Part shown: in pieces, positions 54,657-64,000 of the stretch
Numbering within the stretch: the stretch's first letter is position 1
Layout: the number at the start of each line of letters is the position of its first letter
From: Lingula anatina
Lineage: Eukaryota > Animalia > Brachiopoda
Assembly: GCA_051362555.1 (NCBI GenBank)
Contig: CM120644.1
Coordinates: forward strand, 7,820,954 to 7,884,953
Length of the DNA stretch: 64,000 nucleotides
Direction of reading: 5' to 3'
Program-made: the position numbers and the translations under genes
The notes under the pieces: model-generated
Seen by the model: only the letters and a program-made list of their open reading frames with translations
Told to the model about the DNA's origin: nothing
Database searches by the model: none

Positions 54657-54946
54657 CCCGCAAGAAAATGCAGTAGTATCGAAGTAGCAAAGAAGCAGTA
54701 ACGCAGTAGTGGTGTGGAGCATATTTGCAGTAGAAATGCAGTATAGCTTACTGCAATTCTACTTCAAACATTACATAGGGTTTTTACAGAGGAGGAGCAT
54801 AAATGCAGTAGATTAGCAGCATGATAGAATCATGTTTCAAATATAATATGTTAATTAGCTCCCACATCGAAGCAGATTTGAAGCATGTTTGCAGTATGAT
54901 TGCAGTAGTCTACTGCGCTGGAGTATCTACTTCATTTTCGTGCGGG
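54657..54946. mobile_element. CCC-ended MITE with short internal repeats (EnSpm/CACTA-like)
   Basis: TIRs CCCGCAAGAAAATG / CATTTTCGTGCGGG; many GCAGTAG / TACTGC subrepeats; TSD not clean. Confidence 0.6.
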
Positions 54947-56477
54947 CCGTTTCACGCTATATTAAAAGCAAGGGATTCCCCTGCTGTCAAAACGACGAGG
55001 ACTTCGAAATCGTTTATCGTAGATTTCTACCGATGTGGGATTTACACACAATGAATAGAACGATGTAGCCTAGGATGTTTTTTTTAAATTTTTATGCGCG
55101 TCTAGGTTGTCTGTCTCTTTTTATTTACTCTTTGGGACCCTATGGAGATTTAACGACATTCGTTTTGAATACTTAACCGATTATGGTGTACATGTATGTT
55201 TTCTTTGCTTTATGGCACTGTAAGATCGTTTTATGTGGTTTTAAAGTTAATGCACTCGTTTTTAAATTATGTTGCGATTTTACGACAATCGTTTCTAACC
55301 AATCAAGGTGACAGCCGAGCGTGTTTTTAAGTCACAGGATACTTACAGGGTAAATAAAGAGTAAGTATACACACCAGTTAATGGTATATTTTTCTCAAGG
55401 GTAGGGTAGGGATAATTTGTAGTAAAGGGAGGTACCGTTTAATAGATCAATGTCCTGAAAATATCGGCAGATCTGTATCTAGGTCATTGAGTAGATATAC
55501 GCCAGGTCCTGGAGACGGAGAGGTTGTACCCAGTCGTACATACACGCAATAAATTGCGTCAAGGTCAACAGCACAGCTGAATAAACAGAGGCCTGGAACT
55601 TGATTTATTTGCATGTATCATATAATGTCTTCTACTTTCAGGTGCGCATGTATCCACAGATAGTTGTGACCACGATAATCACTGAAATGGTGCCCATCTT
55701 AATATTTGAGAATATATTTTTAATGATTTTTTTAAATACAGGTACTGGTAATAAAGGCGCACAGGGTGAGAGCTCTAAACGTCATGCCCTAGATACGCCA
55801 CTTAGACACTCCATATGCCAAGGCCTATGTAACATTAGTGTCAGACGAATCAATAATTACACAGGTACGCCACGCATTAAAAAACGCATGACTGAGTGCG
55901 TTACTTATGTTATGAAAAGAAAAAAAAAACAGTTGGAAAAAAACCAACTCAGAAAAATTAATAACACATGCGTGAGGTATAGTGAAGCTTGAAAGCAGCA
56001 CGTTTTGCTACTAGAGCACTACAGTATTGCGGCTTGTGGCAAAGGTAAAAGAGGAGGAGTTTTTATTGTTTTTTTTTCTCTTTTGACAACTTTTGTGTAC
56101 AAAGGTGGCTAGTAATTGTTGTTCTCCAATAATAACACGATTTGTTAAGCACACAATTTAAGCAATTTAGCAAATGGACCAGGTTGATGAAGTAAAAGCA
56201 CGAGTTCAAATTAAAAAAATCAAAAATCAAAAGAAGAGATTAAGGTTAAATTAAGTTCGAAATAAAGACAGGCCTGTATAAGTTTATTAAAGAAAACGGG
56301 ATTGCTATCGTGAAACAAAAAAGTTGGCTGCACACAAACAAACAAGCAGACCAATATGCTTGCGCAATTTTTTCACAGTAATTATTAAAACCCAAACCCT
56401 TTCTTCCAGCATCAACGCTAGGACGCCTTTGTTTCTGAAGTACTTTGAAAATAATTTATGCTTTAAAAGTGGTGAAT

Positions 56478-56585
56478 CCCAGCAAACACGTCACGTTGGT
56501 ACCACGTGGTTAATCCGTGTCTATGACGTTATAATGTGGTAGCAACGTGCTGGCCACGTGATCCGAATGTGACGTGTTTGCTGGG
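56478..56585. mobile_element. 108-bp hairpin MITE, family C (CCCAGCAAACAC ends, 2-bp TSD)
   Basis: CCCAGCAAACACGTCAC ... GTGACGTGTTTGCTGGG flanked by AT/AT; absent from the paralogous site near 42910. Confidence 0.8.
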
Positions 56586-57018
56586 ATATGTAGTCACATA
56601 CATGTATGCCTTTTATGTTGCTCGAAAACAATTCCATTTCCAATTCCATATCCCAAGCTTCATTTACGATGAAAGAATTTTATTATCGCAAATGTCGAAT
56701 TCATGGCGCGAACGTAAAATTAACGGTCGCAAGCATCTAATAATAGAGCACAAACAATTAGGCCAGCTTTCGGGCCTGAAGTTGTTTACATACTGGTTAT
56801 TTTTCCCAACCCTAACTAGTTTCAATACGGGAGTAATGCAGGAGTTATTTAAGGCCATGATATCGAGGTTTGAGTCGTTAAATCGGCGTTCGCAATCACA
56901 AATCCGAGGTTTAACATCACGAACAGCTAGTTTGTTTATGAGGCCTATATATATCTAAAAGGACTTCATTTTTTTTATCGAAAAATGTATTCAATTCCAG
57001 AATTAACCAAACTGAGAT

Positions 57019-59358
57019 ATGGATCGCGTGGGAAAACTTTACTCCTGTAAAACAAGTTACCACCATACCCCGATGTCGACTCCTACCGCCTACATCACTC
57101 TGCCGGAAGTCTTTGACTCCACCGCGGACCGACTGCCCACCAAGACCGCCGCCGTGGTTTACCAGAGCAGGCAGCAGAGAGAATGTCTGACTTTTGCCGA
57201 ACTTCAGGTATACCGGGCTCATACCAGTATATGCTTTTGATAATTAGTCTTTTTTTTTATTTTAAAATTTCGTTTTCCTAACAGTTATTTTCTGTGCATT
57301 TTGACCACTTCGGGGGTTCGTTAGAGAAGCAGGGTGTTTCAACCAAATATTACGTCAATTGTATTGAATAATGCTAAAATAATGACCCAAATTGCTGTCA
57401 AGAGTCATATCATTTTAACTTTTTGCCTTCTGCTCTCTGAAGAGGGGAAGGCTGTCTGGAAAAGACTACACTTTGTAGACTTGTCAAAATGATGATAAAA
57501 TGGATAACCCCTAAATCAACAATGAACAAAATGCAACGGATAATAACCTAACATTTTAGCCATTTAATGTCTCAGATAGTGGCGTTCTCCTTTAACTCAC
57601 AAAGAATACCACTTAAAGATTTTTTAAAATTACCTTTATTGTTTTGCAGAAACAGTCCAAAACATTGGCTGCTTCACTGCTGCAGCGTGGGTATACATTT
57701 GGGGATCGCGTGGCTTTTTTCGCGCCAAACTGCATTGAATATTTTTCTGTTCAGCTGGCATTGTGTCGTATTGGCTGCAACGCGCTTCTCCTCAGCAACT
57801 TGGCCACCCTTGAAGATGACGTTTGGCAATACAGATGCCGTGCTCTCATAATGTACTTAAGAACAGACGAAGAGGTGGATGTATGCAGAAAGATACTCAC
57901 CCGAAAATCAAGCGAGAACGTAGATAAAGACGTCATCATCTTTGGTCCCAAATTTGACGCCATCACCTCTGGTCCAAAATGTGACGTCACCACGGAGGGC
58001 ACTGTGACCCTCAGCAGCGTCTTTGCAGCAGGAAAGGGACAGAACTGGGAGGACGTCGTGGCGAAAAAGATATGGGTGGCGCCAAACCCAGAGGACCCAC
58101 TTTTGGTCTTATTCACGTCTGGTTCCACAGGTAAACCCAAGGGAGTCCAATACACCCATAGCAAGTATCTACACCAGTGTCCCTTCCTCGCCATGTCGAG
58201 TTTCGGGGACGACAGCTGTTTCTTCAACGACCGGCCGATGACTTGGCTGGGAGGTAGCATGACGCTGCTTAGAATGGCGGTGTTTGGAGGGACAGGAGTG
58301 ACGGTGAATTCTGCTCTGGTGATTGGTGGTGGAGACATGGATTTCGTCATGGAAATCCTGAAGAGGGAGGAATGTACGCATACGGTGATGATGCACTATT
58401 TCATGGTTGATCTTGTCTCCCGATTCGATCCCTCCGTCCACTCGTTGCCTTTTCTTCGGCACATAATAACAGGGGGTCAGAGAATTAATCTAGATGTCAT
58501 AAAGAAAGTACAAGGCCTGCTGACTAACGTGGAAGGTGTGTCAGAATGTTACGGTATGATAACTTTCTCTGTCTCTCTCTTACTACACATGAATTTCCTA
58601 TGATTGTTTAATAGGCTAACATTTGAACAGCACCTCCTTTCTCCAGTACAGACACGCACACACAAATACACAAGAACACTTTTGGTGGTTATTTAATGTT
58701 GAGAAACAATAAGGACAGAACTGTCTAAATAACAGGTACGGCAGAGGTGGGTTTGATGGCGGGCACCCTATGCAACCAGACATACAATAGCCAAGACGGG
58801 GAAGAAATTTACGAAGGTACAGAAGTGAGAATCGTCGATGAAAACCACCGAGACGTCCCTCGCGGAACCAGCGGCGAAATCTGCGTGCGGTCGCCAACCA
58901 TCTACGCCAATTGCTACGTGGACAACGAGAAGGCCTCACGAGAAGCGTTTGATGCGACTGGCTGGTTTTGTACAGGTGATATTGGTGTTATGAGTTTGAC
59001 TGGCAGGATAACAATTTGCGGTCGTAAAGATGACATGATCAAGCGTGCGACTTTTAAACTATTTCCTGCTGAAATAGAGGGAATCCTCAAGCAACACCAT
59101 GCTGTCAAAGATGTCGTTGTCATTGGCGCACCGGACGTCCGGTTGGGTGAAGAAATTTGCGCGTGCGTCATTCTTGATGACGTTTCGTCACTGGCTGACG
59201 TTAAAGAGTGGTGTAAAGAAAAGTGTCCCATTGGACGTGACGGTTTGTCTCTTGCACCGGCTTACTATGTCACTTTTTGCGAATTTCCTACCACAAGTAA
59301 TGGGAAAACCAACCGAAGGCTCCTTAAACAAACGGCTTTAGAAAAGCTGCGGTTGTAG
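57019..59358 (+). CDS. ANL-superfamily adenylate-forming enzyme, copy 6, clade B, 571 aa
   Basis: Exons 57019-57207, 57650-58553, 58736-59358; FTSGSTGKPKG, YGTAE, TGDIG, GRKDDMIK, PTTSNGK intact. Confidence 0.92.
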
Positions 59359-59699
59359 GCTTACTGGCGTGTCATTCAGTTAACAAGATTGCAGTCAGCG
59401 AGATTCCACTAAGACTTGGATTGTTCTACAAAAAATGCAAGGTAATCCCAAACCACAATTAGCACGGAGAATCTAAAGTTCGAATTCCGGTTTTCGGTAA
59501 CCCGCCTACTACAAAGGCTAAGCTTTTGGACCCACAATATGGATATCCCGAGAACGAATGCGGGACCAGGCATATCACCTTTTGCGTTGAAATATATTAA
59601 AAACAAGGTAGCAAAGCTGTCAAAAATACAGACAACAAAAAAGAATAAGGCAGCAAAGCTGTCAAATGTACAGACAAAAAGCACAAATTAATAACGCAC

Positions 59700-60970
59700 A
59701 AAGCTACTGTTAATTATGATGCAATTATACAGTATGCTTCAACTGTAACTGCAAAGTCAACAACTGATTTTAATTATGCACAACAGGTAATACCGATGTA
59801 AGTTAACAAGCAAAAGGCTTCAGACCCATGCAAGTTCAAGTTCACAACTTAAAAATGCTAGAATGAGAAAAATGATAATTTCAATAAATAAATAAATAAT
59901 TAAATAAATAAATAAATTCAAGAAAAAAATCATAATCCAATCAAGTTGGTTATACATAACATGGACATTTAGAAAATTTGATTTCCGTTCTTCTTCATGC
60001 CTGTGGGAGTTTTAAGTTCCACACTTAAAAGTCATATGTGAAAAATGAAATTTTCAGAAAGAACTGCAATGCTTCCAGAAGAGAATACATCAGATTGGTT
60101 TTCCAACTTAGGCTGCATTTCAGTTCTATGAATCTTTACAGTAAAGAGAATCATAAGTAACATGGTTTTCGTTTTATGGTCATTATGGCAGCCCCAAAAG
60201 GTTTCCTTCAATTTTGATGCAATATTACAATATTACAGCATATGACCGTTAATTTTAATAATAAAATATAAGTATCATGGATATTCGGAAAACAAACAAA
60301 AGTCTTCAAGCCCATGGAAGTTCAAAGTCAAACCTTGTAAATGCCACAATGTGAAAAATTAAAATGTTCACAAAACTGTATTTTTTCCAGTAACATAAGA
60401 CTGGTTTCCATCTCAAGCTGTTATTTTAGTCCTATTTTTCATTTCTGTATGCCTGAGTATAGTGTCATGGTTTTTCGTAAATGGTCAGTGCCCAAAATAG
60501 GCTTTTCTTCAATTTTGATGCAATATAGCATAATCACCATCAATCTTTTTTTATGCACTGCAGGTAATGCGGGTATTCAGAAAATATTACTAGCAAAGGT
60601 CTTCAGGCCCATGGAACTTCAAAGTCACAGCTTTAAAATGCCAAACTGTAAACAAGAGATAACTGTACTGAAATGAGTTTATTTCCATTTCAACATTATT
60701 ACAAAACACAAAATGATCATTTTACTATCATTTTCTTATGATCAACTGACAAAATTGCTGAGATTGGAAAAATGTCAATAAAACAATTTTAAATGTTCAA
60801 TTTGCTCCATTCTGAGACTGAACATAGTGAAGGATTGGATCTGACAAAATGCAATGATATGAGTTTATTTCCATTTTTACATTTTATTACACAATACACA
60901 AAAACAGATATATCACCATTTTTATGTAATCAACTAACAATATTGTTAAGAAGAAAATGTCAAAAGAACA
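59700..60970. repeat. Degenerate tandem repeat (period up to ~295 bp) followed by a ~190-bp-period duplication
   Basis: cttca(a/g)gcccatggaa(g/c)ttcaaagtca-like motif at ~59818, 59992, 60304, 60601; ttcaattttgatgcaata at ~60207 and 60508; tgagtttatttccattt at ~60674 and 60860. Confidence 0.65.
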
Positions 60971-62637
60971 CTTTAGCATATCTAATTCAATGACGAGACT
61001 GTTCACCTGCCTAGGGATCGAATCTGAGGAAAAAACCACATACATACAAAAAAGCATAACCTCACCAAAACTAAACTGATCAAGATAATTTTCGAACTTG
61101 ATCTGTATATTAGTCATATGAATAGGTCTGCAAGTTTTAAAGTAAAATATGACACAGTTTTCATGTTATCTGTATACTGGCGGATAGAATATGTTGACAA
61201 AAGCGAAAAACGGCATAACTTTTGAAAACAAAATGGCCCGATCATGCCGATTTTCGAATTTGACCTGTATTTTATTAATATTCATCAGTTCTGTAAGTTT
61301 GAAGACAAAAGTTTTCCACTTATCGTGTTATCATTGCAAGTGCATGACGACAGCGACAGCAGATGGCGACAACAGACGCAAGTGAGAGCTATATGAACAG
61401 ACACATCTGTATCTGTACATAAAAGTTTACTATCGGTGATCAATGTGACAATTATGTATTGCTGATCGTCATTTTTGTGGTACATTTGAACCGAGCGTCG
61501 GTGGAGCGTGGACTGCCATTAATGCATGTAAACAACTTCTACTAGTTTATTATGCGACTCAAATAAAGTCGACATGCTAAGGTATAAACTGAATTAATCA
61601 CTTGATCAGCCATTAAAGAGCTTTAGACGGCACCTATCTTCAAATTTTGGTCGTAAATTTGGTCTACTTGTCTTACCTGCTCATCGACCACTTTTATTTA
61701 CAGCACAGAAAGGAAGCAGAAAAAAATTCGTTCAAATAATATTTTTCGGTTAATATGAAACGATTTTCATTTTGCTATTTCTCCGAGTTATATTAAATGA
61801 AACTTATGGTGTAACAAAAATTATTTCAAATCCATCTTTAAAGGATGTGATGATTTATGTACTTTTTAGTAAAATGTTTTCAAAACCTTTTGGATACAGA
61901 GCTTAAAATATATGAAGATAGACAAAAACATGAAAATCAGCTTTAAATAATGAAATTTCAGCATAAAATATAAATGGGCGAACCCAAAAGAACAACTGGG
62001 AACACTAAACTTGTCATTATTTCATAATTTCTTATTGTTGTTTCACTTGAGGTTCACAACTTGCTCTGAAGCAACCCTCTTCGACTAGTTCTTATTAAAT
62101 CTGCGAACGCAAGGTAACAGTAAGTGTATCGTCACGATAATATAGGCATTCTTGACCAACCCATTTCTATTTCAGCGACGTTCATGCATATTAAACGGTG
62201 CAGTAACATGTAGTACATACTCATCTGGGACTGCGTTTCACTAAATAAGTCAAAGATCCTTTTTTTGCTCAGACAGATGTCAACATCAGCACACTGTTTC
62301 GTTTCACAAAGAATATTTAAGGCTTCTTCGTTTTTCAGTTTTAAAGATAAATCCCAAAGAGCAAATTGTGCTCCTCTTGAAGCAAGTTTTACTCTCAGCT
62401 GACTTTTATTGTGGGCCGATAGTTCGTGATACGGTCTTACAATAATTTTAGCAGTCTAAAGCCAAGCTCAAAACTAACGTTTGTGAAGAGGGTCCCAGTA
62501 AACGATCCTTTAATGCCATGTTAACACAGTAAAACACAACTAAACAATTACACAATATAATAAATAACCATTCCGAAACCAATCAGTGACTTTTAAACCC
62601 ACTCAGGTGAACGATGTCAATACCTCCCAAGTATAGC

Positions 62638-62677
<40 letters not shown>
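62638..62677. repeat. (AAT)n microsatellite
   Basis: About 13 AAT units. Confidence 0.95.
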
Positions 62678-62679
<2 letters not shown>

Positions 62680-63307
62680 GCATGCAAATACAAAAATGGT
62701 GCCGCCTTCTCGTGTACACCACATCCTATGATTCTGAGCCTTCAGCGGGCTAACTGGATCAAATTTGATTTGCTGCTAGGTTCTACGTCATTTCTCAAGC
62801 TGTGTCAACAAAAAGGGTAAAAATGTTCACTCATTCAGAAAAAAGCCCCTGTTGTTGGTATATTGTCAATGGTATAGACATTGTTAACGCCAAAAGAATA
62901 CACGATACCATAATAGGTTATAACCACTACTTTTTACGATTAAGAAAAAGGGTCTTCCACGGAAAAAGGTTATTCCATTCTTGGTCCAATTCACAAGGAA
63001 TGGTATAGAGGGATTCGGCGCGAAGAACGACCATCAAATTCTTTTTAAGACTCAGTACTTTCATCGTTTCACGCCCTTGTCTCGTCCTACACGTAGTTCC
63101 ATATCCCAAATAAATTTTATTTAGATGACATTTTTAACAGGTTTCTTTGTTTCAACTAGTTCGCTTTACAAGTAAATTTCGCGTAACATTGTTAACGAGT
63201 CCACCATCTTTAATAGGTGCTTGAATCATATGCTCTAAATATCTACAAAGATAAAAGACGACAGAAATAGCGTGACCGGTCCCTTTATCTGACTGACGCA
63301 GCAGTTT

Positions 63308-63625
63308 CAGGCCTACCCAACTACCAGACTCGGCACCGAATGATCCTGAATTCACTGGTAAATCGGACCACACTACCCGTTTTCAAGGTGTGTATCAGTA
63401 CGCATTTCACAGTATCAGACGCGACACCGCTCTTGCCTAGTACGCGATGTGATAGTGACGATTCTCAGCGGGGTTGAAAAGCATTGCATCACCACTCAAC
63501 ATTTTTTCAGGGTATGATACTGTGTAATGCGATCTGACACACACCTTGAAAACGGGTAGTGTGGTCTGATCTACCGGTGAATTTGAGGATCATTCGGTGC
63601 CGAGTCTGGTAGTTGGGTAGGCCTG
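63308..63625. mobile_element. Non-autonomous DNA transposon, family B, short copy
   Basis: Same ~110-bp TIRs as 33943-34493; perfect 5-bp flanking direct repeat AGTTT. Confidence 0.85.
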
Positions 63626-63872
63626 AGTTTGGTGATTCAGTGGAATTCAATAACCAAACAGAAGCCCACGTCATCACTTCACACTACATGTACGCATATG
63701 TTCTTGGTCTGGTTTTACAATTCCGATGTGAATAGCTCTCAATGTATAAATGTATATCACTGACAAGTCACTTTACATAATTTTAAATAAATTTTTGCGC
63801 TTTTTTTGATAAAGAAAAAATTACAGAGAAGTTTAACTTAGGAGGTAGGTGCCAGTAACTGCAAACCTCCTT

Positions 63873-63958
63873 CCCAGTAAACACAAACATGCCGCGACCA
63901 CGTGGTTTTTACCAGTCACTTGGTAGCCACGTGGTCCCAACGTGATTTGTTCACCGGG
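63873..63958. mobile_element. Hairpin MITE, family C
   Basis: CCCAGTAAACAC ... TTGTTCACCGGG with CCACGTGG subrepeats as in 56478-56585; flanks TT/TT. Confidence 0.7.
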
Positions 63959-64000
63959 TTGTAATAACATGTCATAAATACTGCAAATATAAATTATTAG

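Noticed and set aside
25108-59231. Recurring minus-strand ORFs of 60-200 aa overlapping the ANL exons
   Set aside because: They recur only because the sense exons are duplicated; no motifs of their own.
59340-59358. Peroxisomal targeting signal as in beetle luciferases
   Set aside because: C-termini LKV, LQL and LRL do not fit the PTS1 consensus; nothing in the sequence shows luciferase activity.
24775-59358. NRPS/PKS assembly line or bacterial operon
   Set aside because: No carrier, condensation or ketosynthase domains seen; each gene has spliceosomal introns and its own stop.
62700-63373. Possible minus-strand exon(s) near the right end
   Set aside because: An acceptor-like site exists near 63244 but frames are interrupted by stops and no protein motif is recognisable.

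Overview
AT-rich animal (invertebrate-type) genomic DNA with GT-AG spliceosomal introns; the species cannot be determined from the sequence. Hand-spliced gene models give: (1) a complete 11-coding-exon SLC17/sialin-like anion transporter (+, 5409-11804, 537 aa); (2) a 7-coding-exon minus-strand gene (18525-14223, 632 aa) encoding signal peptide + C-type lectin-like domain + sushi/CCP + Ser/Thr/Ala mucin stalk + Ly6/uPAR domain + GPI-type tail; (3) a ~36 kb tandem array of six intron-poor ANL-superfamily adenylate-forming enzymes (acyl-CoA-synthetase-like) in two clades, one frameshifted and one with a P-loop Gly-to-Asp change, interleaved with decayed 3' fragments of further copies. All six enzymes keep adenylation motifs but lack the A8 glycine linked to the CoA (second) half-reaction and vary at substrate-pocket motifs; this is the most interesting signal in the window. 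The rest is rich in MITEs (several confirmed by empty paralogous sites), truncated LINEs and a palindromic Tc1 derivative. All family assignments are by motif recognition, not database search.
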